This document shows positions 30,268 through 40,943 of a DNA stretch of 58,188 nt, piece after piece (positions within the stretch are counted from its first letter, which is position 1; every line of letters begins with the position of its first letter). This DNA is from Bdellovibrionota bacterium (GTDB lineage Bacteria > Bdellovibrionota_C > UBA2361 > JBGSMV01): the NCBI GenBank assembly GCA_041739995.1, contig JBGSMV010000006.1:1-58188 (forward strand). Reading direction: 5' to 3'. The notes below the pieces were generated by a model that saw only the letters and a program-made list of their open reading frames with translations, was not told the origin of the DNA and searched no databases. The position numbers were made by a program, and so were the translations under genes.

Positions 30268-30897
30268 CTACTCGTCGATTAGCGGTCTCCTCACCCGCTC
30301 GGGCTTGGACAGTCGAATCACAAGACCTTCCAAACCAACACGCGAATAAGAAATACGACGAAATTTGGGGGTATCTCCACAAGCAACTGCTACAAGATCT
30401 CGCAGCTGAGCCTCGGTGCGCATGTGCGTCCCGCGATCAAGGGCCCTGACTAACCAAGCAAGCGGGTTTCGGCATGGCCGAGAAGGCCACACTCCATCGA
30501 AGAGTATCATAGACCCCCCGGGCTTTAGGCAACGCACCGCCTCCCGAAGAGCGCCACTTACTTCCTCATCGCTAAGATGATGAAACAACCCCACGGAAAA
30601 AACCTCCTGGAACGCCTCGCTATGAAAAGGTAGCGAGCAAGCTGACGCCAGTATCCCCATGAATTTACTACTTCCTTCAACGTGGTATTTGAGAAGATAG
30701 TCAAAATTGAGGTCGACGCCTAAAGCCCCCAGCGGCAAGTTCGCGAAAATGGGCTTCGGTCCACATCCGATATCCAGCGTGGGCCCTTTTTGTTGATATC
30801 CTCCTAGAACGAGCTCTTCAAACTGCAGCTTGGTTGAGCCAGCAATCAACGACTGAACAAAATTATATAAACCGGAGGGCAGGGATGATAACCACAT
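30268..30897 (-). CDS. Class I SAM-dependent methyltransferase
   Basis: LDIGCG, GVDLN, LPF, LFHHL and LKPGG motifs. Confidence 0.85.
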   Translation of the reverse strand: MWLSSLPSGLYNFVQSLIAGSTKLQFEELVLGGYQQKGPTLDIGCGPKPIFANLPLGALGVDLNFDYLLKYHVEGSSKFMGILASACSLPFHSEAFQEVFSVGLFHHLSDEEVSGALREAVRCLKPGGSMILFDGVWPSRPCRNPLAWLVRALDRGTHMRTEAQLRDLVAVACGDTPKFRRISYSRVGLEGLVIRLSKPERVRRPLIDE

Positions 30898-31043
30898 AAT
30901 TCAGCAGATTTGATAATAGACGGTTAGCAGTCACTCGAACTAAAACTAACAGAACACCGCAAGGGCGATAGCGAGGAAATTGTATCCCGACGAGGCGCGC
31001 CGTAGTAAACTCAAGTAGTAGCAAGTTTTCTGTAGGATTGTTT

Positions 31044-32156
31044 ATGGAGGTGCCGTTTGTCGACCTCGCATCCCAGTATAAAGCCCTTAAAACCGAAATT
31101 TACGGAGCAATTTCTAGAGTATGTGACACCACGTCGTTTATCTTAGGCAGTGATGTACAATTATTCGAGAAGGAGTTTGCAGACTACTTGGGGGCCAAAT
31201 ACTGCATTGGAGTTGCGAATGGGACAGATTCTCTTAACATTGCTTTCAGGGCTTTAGATATTGCGCCGGGAGATGAAGTCATCATTCCTGCTCACACTTT
31301 TGTGGCGACAGCAGTTGGGGTCATTGAAGCGGGCGGAAAGCCAATATTGGTTGATATCGATCCAGATACGTACCTGATAGACCCGGACAAGGTGGAAGCC
31401 GCGATCACCTCTAGGACTAAGGCGATCTGCCCAGTGCATCTCTATGGCCGAGTATGCGACCTTGAGCGCCTCTCGAAAATCGCTACGAAGTACGGACTCC
31501 ATATCGTAGAAGACTCTGCGCAATCCCACGGAGCGAAATTGGGAAATCGCTGCTCCGGCACACTTGGAACGTTGGGGTCTTTTAGTTTCTACCCGGGCAA
31601 GAACCTAGGTGCGTACGGGGATGGGGGATGTCTCGTTACGGACTCTGAGGTACTAGCATCAAAAATACGGGCCATTCGCAACTACGGCTCGGAGCGCAAA
31701 TACGAACATACTCTCTACGGCATCAACAGTCGCCTGGACTCCATGCAGGCTGCCATTTTGAGGGTCAAGCTACCGCATCTAAACAGTTGGAATAGCAAGC
31801 GGTGGCTCGCAGCCCAACTTTACAATCAAGAACTATCAAGTCTCTCTGGCTCCTCTTTAATGCTCCCAGATCTCAGAACACCTGAGGAAAATGTATTCCA
31901 TCTCTACGTCATCCAGGTTGAAGAACGAGACCGCATCCTACAACGCATGAAACAAAAGGGAGTCCAAGCAAGCATCCATTACCCTCGGCCATTTTATTTA
32001 GAAGAAGGGTTCAAAGCACTAGGCTATGGACGGGGAGATTTTCCCATAACGGAGCATATTTCGGCGAGAATTCTCTCTTTACCAATGTTTCCCGAATTAA
32101 GTCGAGATCAGATTCAATATGTTACTGCTAGCTTAAGGCAAGCACTCATCGAGTGA
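31044..32156 (+). CDS. DegT/DnrJ/EryC1/StrS sugar aminotransferase
   Basis: VPFVDL, ANGTD, PVHLYG, EDSAQSHG, SFYPGKNLGAYGDGG and NSRLD motifs. Confidence 0.93.
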   Translation: MEVPFVDLASQYKALKTEIYGAISRVCDTTSFILGSDVQLFEKEFADYLGAKYCIGVANGTDSLNIAFRALDIAPGDEVIIPAHTFVATAVGVIEAGGKPILVDIDPDTYLIDPDKVEAAITSRTKAICPVHLYGRVCDLERLSKIATKYGLHIVEDSAQSHGAKLGNRCSGTLGTLGSFSFYPGKNLGAYGDGGCLVTDSEVLASKIRAIRNYGSERKYEHTLYGINSRLDSMQAAILRVKLPHLNSWNSKRWLAAQLYNQELSSLSGSSLMLPDLRTPEENVFHLYVIQVEERDRILQRMKQKGVQASIHYPRPFYLEEGFKALGYGRGDFPITEHISARILSLPMFPELSRDQIQYVTASLRQALIE

Positions 32157-32165
32157 GAACCGACC

Positions 32166-32663
32166 TCAAACTTTTCCTTTATGAAGGATTCGAGCAGGAA
32201 CTCCGACTACCGTGCTCCCTGGAGCGACATCCTTGGTGACCACTGCCCCCGCACCGATAACGGCGCCGCGACCGATACGAACCCCACACATAATGATTGC
32301 CCCCGTGCCTATTGAGGCTGCATCTTCAACGAAAGTTTTAATGAGAGTCCAATCCCCCTCCCGCTGCAGGGTACCGTCGAGGGCGCATGCGCTCGGGCGT
32401 TTATCATTAATAAAGGAAACATTATGCCCCACAAAAACTCCCTTCCCGATCTCAACCCCCTCACAGACAAAAGTATGGCTGGAAATCTTACAATTAGGTC
32501 CAATCTTGGCCCCCTTCTGAATTTCAACAAACGAGCCAATCTTTGAGTTCTCGCCGATCTCGCAACCGTATGCATTTACAAATTGCGAGACGAAAACTTT
32601 TTCGCCTAGCAAGACATCCACCAGGCATTGATTATCAGACCGCCGCGTCACTCGCTCCAACAT
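32166..32663 (-). CDS. Hexapeptide-repeat sugar N-acyltransferase
   Basis: Left-handed beta-helix repeats; IGAGAVVTKDV..VVGVPAR. Confidence 0.9.
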   Translation of the reverse strand: MLERVTRRSDNQCLVDVLLGEKVFVSQFVNAYGCEIGENSKIGSFVEIQKGAKIGPNCKISSHTFVCEGVEIGKGVFVGHNVSFINDKRPSACALDGTLQREGDWTLIKTFVEDAASIGTGAIIMCGVRIGRGAVIGAGAVVTKDVAPGSTVVGVPARILHKGKV

Positions 32664-33689
32664 TTAAACTCCTTCAGACATGAGAACTCGATTTCCACCA
32701 GTATCAAGAGAACGCTGAGCTGCCTCCAAAATTCTGGTAACTCGCAAAGCGAGCGTTGCATTGGCAAGAGGCTGCTTTCCATTTTGGCATGCTGCAACAA
32801 AGTCGGCCGCGACCCCTCCAAGGGCCTCACTCACATGAAGCTTCGGTATCGAAATATCCCCCAAACGGTAATCGATAAGAAGCTTGTGCTTCTCCAACTC
32901 CGAACTTACAGAAAGGAAAGTATCATAAATCTTAATTTTTTCGGTTGGCTCCATGTCGTCATACAGCACCATTTTCTTGTCCCCCCCCAAAAGCATACGC
33001 CGAATCTTCACGGGAGAAGCCCACGAGCAGGCGATATGGGCGAGAAAGCCCGAAGAATAATTCAAGGTGAGATAGGCCAGCGCCTCCGTATTACTAATTG
33101 CGCCACCCCCTCCCGTTGCGTTGACAGAGAGCGGCATCTCGTCGAGCAGAAAGCATAAAATCGCAACATCATGGGAGGCAAGGTCCCAGAGCACGTTGGT
33201 ATCAGACTGGAAGATTCCTAAATTTATACGGACTGAATCAAAGTAACGGAGGGCGCCAAGATCCTCCTGATCCAACAGCGCCTTGATCTTATGAACAGGC
33301 GCTGTGTAAAGAAAGGTATAGTCCCCCATGAGCACGAGGTTGCGCGCCGCTGCCATTTCTGAAAGCACGAGCATTTGACTTTCCGAGGTGACCATTGGCT
33401 TCTCGATCAAAACGTGCTTGCCAGCAAGGAGGATGGCCTTGGCCAACTCAAAGTGTGTGGAGACCGGGGTCGCAACTATCACCGCATCGAGTTCGGGAGA
33501 GTTTAATAGATCCGCAGTAACAGAAGTAACGGTACAGCCCGGGAACAGCCTCTTCACCACCCCGTGACGTCGCACATCAACATCACAGACGGTTGTCAAT
33601 CGACACGAGTCGAGGAGTGCAAAGTTGCGCGCCAAATTTGGACCCCAATAGCCGAAACCAAGTAAGCCGATACGCAATGGGGCCTGCAT
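32664..33689 (-). CDS. Gfo/Idh/MocA-family oxidoreductase
   Basis: GFGYWGPN, ATPVSTH, KHVLIEKP and WDLASHD motifs. Confidence 0.9.
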   Translation of the reverse strand: MQAPLRIGLLGFGYWGPNLARNFALLDSCRLTTVCDVDVRRHGVVKRLFPGCTVTSVTADLLNSPELDAVIVATPVSTHFELAKAILLAGKHVLIEKPMVTSESQMLVLSEMAAARNLVLMGDYTFLYTAPVHKIKALLDQEDLGALRYFDSVRINLGIFQSDTNVLWDLASHDVAILCFLLDEMPLSVNATGGGGAISNTEALAYLTLNYSSGFLAHIACSWASPVKIRRMLLGGDKKMVLYDDMEPTEKIKIYDTFLSVSSELEKHKLLIDYRLGDISIPKLHVSEALGGVAADFVAACQNGKQPLANATLALRVTRILEAAQRSLDTGGNRVLMSEGV

Positions 33690-33691
33690 AG

Positions 33692-34837
33692 CTATGTTCC
33701 TAATATCTCTAAGACAGAAGTCGCAACATATTCCGCGTCTCCGTCGGTCATTTCTGGGAATAGCGGCAATAGAATCGAGTTGTCGGAAAGATCTTCGCTC
33801 ACTGGCAACCCATCCTTACTACCTAATTGCATGTAGGGGATCTCTCGGTGTGCGGTCATTATTCCGAACCTAGACGAAACTCCTCGCTTTAGTAGCGCGG
33901 CCATCACGTCGTTACGGCGGCTAACACAGGGGCCCCTGAGATAGATCCAGTAGGACTGATAATTACTGGTTGCATGCACTAAAGGATCGGGAATCTCAAG
34001 AAAAGAGCAGGCCTTGAAAAAACTAAAATAAAGCTCGGCAAGATGCTTCCGCCTAGACAAAATCAAATCCATCTTTGCCAGCTGCGCGATTCCCATCGCA
34101 GCCTGAATATCGGTAAGGCGATAGTTGAAACCAATCTCCGAATAGCGCTCCCGCGCAATATCTCCTGACACATGCCGAGAATACGCATCGTGCGACATAG
34201 AATGCTGCCGAAGACTTGAGAGCCTTTCGAAATAGTCAAGGCGACTAGTAGTAATCATCCCCCCTTCGCCGGTAGTGATGATCTTTCTAGGATGGAAAGA
34301 AAAACAGGCGAGATCAGATTGACCGCCGACTTGCTGGCCTTCATAAACGGAGCCGAGAGCGCAGGCCGCATCCTCGACCAATTTTAGCCCTTTCTCATCA
34401 CATAGGTTTTTAAATTCGTTGATGCGAGCAGGGAGACCCATCTGATGAACGAGAAGTATTGCACGGGTTTTCTTCCCAACCAGATTTCGTGCACATTCAA
34501 CATCAAGATTGAAAGTCTTCCTTTCGACATCGCAGAATACCGGCCTCGCCCCTAAATATGAGATTGCATTAGCGGTAGCGATAAAACTGAGGGAGGGACA
34601 GATTACCTCGTCACCTGGCCTTACTCCTGCGACCAGAAGCGCCAAGTGAAGCGCCGTGGTACAATTCGAGACTGCAACGGCATATCGCGCACCAGTATAC
34701 TGCGAAAATGCGCTCTCAAATTCTTTGACCCTAGGTCCCTGCGATACCCAGCCGGACTGCAGCACCTGCTCTACCGCCCGAAGCTCAGATTCTCCCAGAA
34801 AGGGCTTACTGAGGGGGATAGGCAGCCGGTGACTCAT
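33692..34837 (-). CDS. DegT/DnrJ/EryC1/StrS sugar aminotransferase
   Basis: SNCTTALHL, EDAACALG, SFHPRKIITTGEGG and GFNYRLTDIQAA motifs. Confidence 0.93.
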   Translation of the reverse strand: MSHRLPIPLSKPFLGESELRAVEQVLQSGWVSQGPRVKEFESAFSQYTGARYAVAVSNCTTALHLALLVAGVRPGDEVICPSLSFIATANAISYLGARPVFCDVERKTFNLDVECARNLVGKKTRAILLVHQMGLPARINEFKNLCDEKGLKLVEDAACALGSVYEGQQVGGQSDLACFSFHPRKIITTGEGGMITTSRLDYFERLSSLRQHSMSHDAYSRHVSGDIARERYSEIGFNYRLTDIQAAMGIAQLAKMDLILSRRKHLAELYFSFFKACSFLEIPDPLVHATSNYQSYWIYLRGPCVSRRNDVMAALLKRGVSSRFGIMTAHREIPYMQLGSKDGLPVSEDLSDNSILLPLFPEMTDGDAEYVATSVLEILGT

Positions 34838-34840
34838 TCT

Positions 34841-35824
34841 CTATTCTCCAATCCAGTTTATCTCTTCAACATCCTTCAGGCCTGGACCTAGTGTACGATA
34901 ATAGGAGATCGTCTCTTTAAGACCTTTATCAAGGGAATAGCTGGGAATAAAATTACTGATTGACTTAAATTTACTTGAATCAACCCACAAACGTGGCACA
35001 TCCGCCGGGCGCCCATCGAGATGCTTTATCACAAACGCACTATTCATCTCCTTCAACAGTCTTTCCATAATCTCCCGCACCGAAATCTCAACTCCTGAAC
35101 CTATATTGTATATGCCCCCACTCGGCGTGTCTGCATCAAGAAAAAAGCAGAGCGCTGCAACGCTGTCCTTAACAAAGATAAAGTCCCGGGTAACGTTCCC
35201 ATCTCCAAAGATTACGGGGCTTTTCCCTAAGAGAACCCTAACGATCGAACGTGGAATCAACTCTCCAGAATCCCCGTCAAAATGGGCACGCGGTCCATAA
35301 TTGTTGAACATCCGTACGATAGAGATATGCAACCTCGAGGATGCTCCGTAAGAGTACGCGTGGAACTCCGCGGCGAGCTTACTCGATCCATACACGGTAA
35401 TCGGGCAAGGAATCGCTTCTTCGCTGATGGGAAAATCCCTGACGCGTCCGTAAATCTCCGAGGTAGAAACATATACAAATCTGGACACACCCTGCTTCTT
35501 ACATGCTTCAAGAATAGAAAGAGTTCCCAAACTGTTCACACGAGCATTCTCAAGTGGACTATGAAGTGAATGCCGAACGCCTAGGCAAGCCAGGTGATAA
35601 ACAGCATGAACTCCAGCCACCACCTGCTCACTAGTGTGCAAATCGGTTACATCACCCTGAACGAACTCAAGCCGGCCTGTATGCTTGGCTCGGGATAAAT
35701 TCTCTAGGCTCCCGTTGCGCAGGTTGTCCAAGACCCTCACTTGATGTCCGCGTGCAATCAGCTCATCAACCAGGTGAGAACCAATAAACCCTGCGCCCCC
35801 TGTCACCAGAACTAATCGAGTCAC
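34841..35824 (-). CDS. NAD-dependent nucleotide-sugar epimerase/dehydratase
   Basis: TGGAGFIGSH, STSEIYG, YGSSK and NNYGP motifs. Confidence 0.92.
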   Translation of the reverse strand: MTRLVLVTGGAGFIGSHLVDELIARGHQVRVLDNLRNGSLENLSRAKHTGRLEFVQGDVTDLHTSEQVVAGVHAVYHLACLGVRHSLHSPLENARVNSLGTLSILEACKKQGVSRFVYVSTSEIYGRVRDFPISEEAIPCPITVYGSSKLAAEFHAYSYGASSRLHISIVRMFNNYGPRAHFDGDSGELIPRSIVRVLLGKSPVIFGDGNVTRDFIFVKDSVAALCFFLDADTPSGGIYNIGSGVEISVREIMERLLKEMNSAFVIKHLDGRPADVPRLWVDSSKFKSISNFIPSYSLDKGLKETISYYRTLGPGLKDVEEINWIGE

Positions 35825-36765
35825 TTTTCTGAGCCCTCCAAATGCTGTACCTCACGAATCAAAAACGCAGGTCGTGAACGCGAGGCGTCAAGCGTGCGCC
35901 AAAGGTACGCAGCAATGATCCCTAGACTGACATTGGTAACTCCGAACCCCACCATAAGCACGGCGAGCAATGCAGCCCAGCCTTGAATGATGTCGCCCAG
36001 GATGAGCCGACGGGCGACAACGTAGACCGCCCAAGACCAGCCAAATAGGGTCAAGAAGAACCCCACCGCGGAAACCGCCTGGATCGGTATATAGGAAAAT
36101 CCAATTAGTGAGTCGATTAGAATCTTTATTTTCTTTGAGAATGTCCACTTCGACCGCCCGTGTTTCCGCTTCTGTCTTCGGTAGAATATGGTCTTCTGGC
36201 GAAACCCTAAAGTAAAGATTTGAAGATAGAGTGACGAATGCCCCTCAGGCATTGCGACTAGCACAGAGCATACCTGCTGGCCAAACATCACAGTCCCAAA
36301 CCCACTATCAGGGAAATCCTTCGACACAAGCCAACGCATCAGAACTGCATAGACACGGGACGAAATCCATTCCATCGAGAAATGGTGATATCTCTCACGA
36401 TTGGCCCAAACGATGTCGCTCCCAGAGAGGCACTGCTCCCGCATCGAAACGAGCAAGTCTAGGGGCTCTTGCAGATCTGCAAAAGCAAACGTGATATATT
36501 CACCCCGAGAATAGCCGAGACCTGCTCTCAGAGCGTTATGAGACCCGTAGTTCTTGGAAAGACGGATCAGAGTTGCCTGGTAATTTTGATGATCGAGATG
36601 GCGCAAAAGCTCGACAGATCCATCACTAGAACCGTCATCGATGAATACCACCTGACCCTTAAGGTCAGGAGAATTCTTAAAAAAACTATTTAATGCAGCA
36701 ACCAAGGAGGGAATAGCCTCCGCCTCGTTATGAATCGGGACCAGTACTGAAATATCGATGCACAT
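35821..36765 (-). CDS. GT2 polyprenyl-phosphate glycosyltransferase (GtrB/ArnC-like)
   Basis: VPIHNE, DDGSSDGS, LSKNYG, ADLQEP and GRSKW; two C-terminal TMs ending in YLWR..RP.F.I. Confidence 0.9.
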   Translation of the reverse strand: MCIDISVLVPIHNEAEAIPSLVAALNSFFKNSPDLKGQVVFIDDGSSDGSVELLRHLDHQNYQATLIRLSKNYGSHNALRAGLGYSRGEYITFAFADLQEPLDLLVSMREQCLSGSDIVWANRERYHHFSMEWISSRVYAVLMRWLVSKDFPDSGFGTVMFGQQVCSVLVAMPEGHSSLYLQIFTLGFRQKTIFYRRQKRKHGRSKWTFSKKIKILIDSLIGFSYIPIQAVSAVGFFLTLFGWSWAVYVVARRLILGDIIQGWAALLAVLMVGFGVTNVSLGIIAAYLWRTLDASRSRPAFLIREVQHLEGSEK

Positions 36766-37055
36766 CGAGATTGCCTAGAAAGGAGCACTCAACTTCCAAT
36801 CAAGAGTGCGAACTATGCCATCCAACCAATTCCCCGAGAACCCACTCTTAGGAAAGCCATCCCTTGAGACCGTAGGAGCCTGCGGCGCGCACCCCTAAAC
36901 GTGATCGTTAACTGCCTAGTCGAAACCGTTAATTCTCGAAACCGCTAATTCATTGTCTGCGGTCAAAGTAGAGCTCACCATTGATCATTGACCATCTAAG
37001 GCTCTTCGGGTAGGGAACAATCTTAACTCATCCCAAATGCAACTTCCGGACCCCT

Positions 37056-38198
37056 TTGCATTGGCGGTATGTGCAAAGTATCACTCTAAAGATGTTCACT
37101 TACGAACTACCATTTTTTTTTGAGCCTCAAATAGACTCCTCAAATAGTGGGTTTCCGTTTTCTCAACCCTTCGACCTCTATCATGATGAACAACTGAACC
37201 TTTATCGTCAACGAGTCTCTCCAGTCCTGCGCGATCTCCTGCGCCAAGTCTATTTGCATGGATCTACCCTTGGGGCTGCAATGAATAGGGGGGCAGGAGA
37301 GGTGTATCTGGAGAGCGCCCAAGAGTTCCTTAAAAGCTGCTCAATAGACCTACCTGGAAGGAAACTTCTGGAGATTGGCTGTGGCAACGGAACCCTGCTC
37401 GAGTTTCTTTCATCGCAGGGCTCAATATGCACGGGCCTTGAGCCCGGGGTAACCGCCCCTCATCTGGGGATCACTCCCGGAATAAGAATCATTGACGATT
37501 TTTTCCCAACGCCAAGAATCGATGGAGATCGATTTGATATCATCTGCCATTTCAATGTCCTTGAACACATCGAAGACCCGATCACTTTTCTAAATTTGCA
37601 GCGGCAATTACTGAGAGAAGGGGGCTCTATCATCTTTGGCGTCCCCAATTGTGCAGAACATCTCAGTGTTGGCGACTTATCAATGATGATCCACGAACAC
37701 TGCAGCTACTTTACGATGGCTGGACTAGCCTCAGTTGCCAGTGCCGCAGGGCTAAGGGTCGCCAAATTGGTCAAAGGAGCCGCGGGTGGTATGTTATTTG
37801 CACAACTCACTGAGGGGGAGGCTGACGAACTCGATCTCCCCCCTCCCCCCCTTAACTTCGAATCAAAAGCTCGCATTGCACTTTCAAGAATCGAAAAACT
37901 TCTCTCCCCATTTTCCGACACAGAATTCTGCGCCTACTGTCCGACTCGAGCGATGAATGCTTTATTTTTATTGAAGAGGGCTGGGGCTCGCCTTGTCGAC
38001 GATAATACAGCTATTCACCACCTCTACATTCCCGGATTTGCCTCCCCCATCGAGAGTTTTGAGGAGATCTGTGAAAAACCACCTAAGTGCATACTCATAT
38101 TTTCCAGAACGTTTTCAGAGGTTATAAGGTCTCGCTGCCTAAAGTCCGCTCGACTTCGAAACACAAGAGTTGTTACTATCGCCGAGCTAGACGTCTAG
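37056..38198 (+). CDS. NDP-sugar C-methyltransferase-like protein
   Basis: LEIGCGNG, NVLEHI and HEHCSYFT, plus a C-terminal LVDDN..YIPG..PI..P..ILI domain typical of sugar C-methyltransferases; the start may be ATG 37092. Confidence 0.75.
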   Translation: MHWRYVQSITLKMFTYELPFFFEPQIDSSNSGFPFSQPFDLYHDEQLNLYRQRVSPVLRDLLRQVYLHGSTLGAAMNRGAGEVYLESAQEFLKSCSIDLPGRKLLEIGCGNGTLLEFLSSQGSICTGLEPGVTAPHLGITPGIRIIDDFFPTPRIDGDRFDIICHFNVLEHIEDPITFLNLQRQLLREGGSIIFGVPNCAEHLSVGDLSMMIHEHCSYFTMAGLASVASAAGLRVAKLVKGAAGGMLFAQLTEGEADELDLPPPPLNFESKARIALSRIEKLLSPFSDTEFCAYCPTRAMNALFLLKRAGARLVDDNTAIHHLYIPGFASPIESFEEICEKPPKCILIFSRTFSEVIRSRCLKSARLRNTRVVTIAELDV

Positions 38199-38234
38199 GG
38201 TACTTTTTCTTGGATTATTTTAGGCATTCCTACT

Positions 38235-39281
38235 ATGCGCACGAATGTGCTCGTCACAGGCACCGGTGGTCGCAGCGTTGGGGCTGGTATACTTCACGCC
38301 CTTCTAAGATCCTCTCGTGAGGTTAAAGAGCGTTGGCGAGTAACCGCCGCTGATTCTGATCCCTTCGCTTGGGGACTCTACGTTGCTGAAAGGGCTGCAA
38401 CCCTTCCATCTGCCGCCTCACCTGACTACATGAGTAAGGTGGCGGACTTGGTAAAAAAGCACCAATTCGCTGCAATAATTCCGGGAACTCAACCTGAGGC
38501 GGAAGTCTTAGCTAGAAATGTCGGACATTTAAGATCGGTCAAGCTGATATCCAACCGTCCGGAGCTACTTCCCCTGATGTCCGACAAGTATCTTGTTGAG
38601 AAGACGCTAAAGGAGCTCGGACTGCCGCATATCCAAACTGAAGCTGCCAAGGATTGGCGGAAGATTGCGGCCGCTCATGGATTCCCTATTGTCTTTAAAC
38701 CCACTGCAAACAGCGGCGGGTCAAAGGGAGTACATCTTGCCGCCGATGAAAACGAAGCTCTTTTTATCCTTTCGCAGTTAGATCAGAGCTCTGCTACCTG
38801 CGCCCAGCCCTATATAGGAAACCCAGATAGCGAGTATACGGTTGGAGTACTCTCCGATGTAGAGGGTTCATTAGTCGATAGCATTGTGATGCATAGAAAA
38901 CTGATTGGGCTCTCCCTACTCCAATCTCGCACTCTGAATGATCGGACCTATGCGATCTCAACGGGATACTCCCAAGGGGTTTTCAAGAAGGAACCAAAAA
39001 TTCAGGATTTCTGTGAGCGCCTTGCCCTCCTCCTTCGGAGCCGAGGGCCCTTGAACATTCAACTACGCGCCGCAGAGGATGGCACACTCTACGCATTCGA
39101 AATTCACCCTCGATTCTCTGGAACAACTCCGATGCGAGCAGACGTCGGCTTTAACGAGGTAGATCTTCTTCTACGCAGTGCCCTCTTTCAGGAGAAACTT
39201 GGAAGGGTAAGTTATCGCAATAATATGGCAGTAATCCGTGCCTTTGAGCATGTAGTAGTACCTGTTGAGGACATGCTTTAG
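38235..39281 (+). CDS. ATP-grasp domain protein
   Basis: IIPG, DK, FPIVFKP..GGSKG, QPYI..EYT, GPLNIQ and FEIHPRFSG motifs. Confidence 0.87.
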   Translation: MRTNVLVTGTGGRSVGAGILHALLRSSREVKERWRVTAADSDPFAWGLYVAERAATLPSAASPDYMSKVADLVKKHQFAAIIPGTQPEAEVLARNVGHLRSVKLISNRPELLPLMSDKYLVEKTLKELGLPHIQTEAAKDWRKIAAAHGFPIVFKPTANSGGSKGVHLAADENEALFILSQLDQSSATCAQPYIGNPDSEYTVGVLSDVEGSLVDSIVMHRKLIGLSLLQSRTLNDRTYAISTGYSQGVFKKEPKIQDFCERLALLLRSRGPLNIQLRAAEDGTLYAFEIHPRFSGTTPMRADVGFNEVDLLLRSALFQEKLGRVSYRNNMAVIRAFEHVVVPVEDML

Positions 39282-39311
39282 TTTTCACTTTGTCCAGCTC
39301 GGAAGAATTGC

Positions 39312-40214
39312 ATGACGGACCGAATATTGCTTACCGGTGGAACTGGGCTGGTTGGTATCGCAATACTTAAGGCCCTTCTTTCAAAACGCTTTAAGATATT
39401 CGCAACTAGCCGCAACCCGCCAACGGAAGAGTACAAAGACGTTGAATGGGTAAAGGCCGACCTGTCCTCGGGAAGTACCGACTTCCTTAGCTCGATTCCG
39501 CCAGTGCGATACGTAATACACGGCGCTGCCTTCGTACCTCAACAGAGCACAGAGGAGGACTATCGAGGAATATGCGAGGCGGTCAACTCCGACTCATCCG
39601 AGCGGCTTTTTTCCTGGTGTTCAACTAATAATGTTGAAAAGGCGATTCTTTTAAGCACCTACGCCTTCTTGAGAAAGCCCTTAGAACCCGTTATCCATGA
39701 AAATCATCCCATGGACCCTCAGGGGCCTTACGCTTTGAGCAAATACCAGAGCGAACAGTCCCTCATGCGGCACGCAAGAGACGGCGGGTACCTGCCAGTT
39801 GCCTTACGCCTCTCCAGCCCAGTTCCTCTAAAATCACAGCAGCTTCACAACAACGTGCTTGCCAAATGGATTCAAAGCGCTCGCGAGCATAAGGTGATAA
39901 ATGTATTCGGCACAGGCCTTAGATGCCAAGACTTTGTGTCCACAAGTGACATTGCTCAGGCCGTTCTAAAATGCCTAAGCACACCACACAGTCAGGGAAT
40001 TTATAACATCGGATCGGGCAGGTCCTTGCACATGGAGGAATTGGCGACCATTGTTGCGAAGTCATTTAGTGCTGACATCCACTTCTCTGGGGTGGATGTG
40101 AATGAGAACGACCGATCAGTGATTTCGATCGAAAAGGCACGCACGGAATTGGCCTACCAGCCAACTCAAACATCAGCTCAAGCGGTGATGAGCTTTCTTT
40201 CGGACCTTACCTAG
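39312..40214 (+). CDS. NAD-dependent epimerase/dehydratase or reductase
   Basis: TGGTGLVG, YALSK, QDFV..DIA and YNIGSG motifs. Confidence 0.88.
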   Translation: MTDRILLTGGTGLVGIAILKALLSKRFKIFATSRNPPTEEYKDVEWVKADLSSGSTDFLSSIPPVRYVIHGAAFVPQQSTEEDYRGICEAVNSDSSERLFSWCSTNNVEKAILLSTYAFLRKPLEPVIHENHPMDPQGPYALSKYQSEQSLMRHARDGGYLPVALRLSSPVPLKSQQLHNNVLAKWIQSAREHKVINVFGTGLRCQDFVSTSDIAQAVLKCLSTPHSQGIYNIGSGRSLHMEELATIVAKSFSADIHFSGVDVNENDRSVISIEKARTELAYQPTQTSAQAVMSFLSDLT

Positions 40215-40215
40215 A

Positions 40216-40920
40216 ATGAGAGTTGCTGTTCTAAGTGACATTCACTCAAACTATTATGCTCTCCAGGCTGTCCTAAAGGACTGCGCATCGCTCGGGCTCG
40301 TGCAATTCTATATACTTGGAGATCTTTTCGGGTATTACCCTTGGGCTGAGGAAACCTACAATGCACTTCGCTCGCTTGACGGTCTCATTCTAAAAGGCAA
40401 TCACGATCTTCTCGTTTCAGGCGAAACGGAATGTACTTCGATTCTGAAGCATGAACGAGTGGCAGAGGCCAACAGGTCTACGCTTGCGAAGGCCTATCCT
40501 GAAGCAATTGACTGGCTTCGGTCGCTTCCCGGACTTCTGCAGTTTTCGCTGGAGGAGAATTCAATAACCTTGTGTCACGGCACCCCCGCGGACGTGTTTT
40601 TTGGACGGCTATACCCAGACGATGTCTCACGATATCCATGGCTTCCAGGACCGAAGGAAATTCTATTTCTCGGGCATACGCACCACCCCATGGCCCGAAT
40701 CCTTCATACTGGCGGCAAGGTGTTCAATCCAGGGTCTGTCGGACAACCGCGAGATGGAGATCCCCGCCCTAGCTGGGGGATATTTGATTCTTCCTTGGAT
40801 ACTTTCGAGTTACAGCGCTCAAGTTACGACCTTAAACTGGCGACTTCAATTCTCTCCTCACTTGGATGGGATGACGATTTCATCCGTGCACTCGAGCGAA
40901 ATCTCAAACGTGAGAAATAA
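40216..40920 (+). CDS. Metallophosphoesterase (calcineurin-like)
   Basis: SDIHSN, LGD, GNHD, HG, GHTH and NPGSVGQPRDG motifs. Confidence 0.9.
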   Translation: MRVAVLSDIHSNYYALQAVLKDCASLGLVQFYILGDLFGYYPWAEETYNALRSLDGLILKGNHDLLVSGETECTSILKHERVAEANRSTLAKAYPEAIDWLRSLPGLLQFSLEENSITLCHGTPADVFFGRLYPDDVSRYPWLPGPKEILFLGHTHHPMARILHTGGKVFNPGSVGQPRDGDPRPSWGIFDSSLDTFELQRSSYDLKLATSILSSLGWDDDFIRALERNLKREK

Positions 40921-40943
40921 TCCCTGAACTGCTTCAGTAGTAA

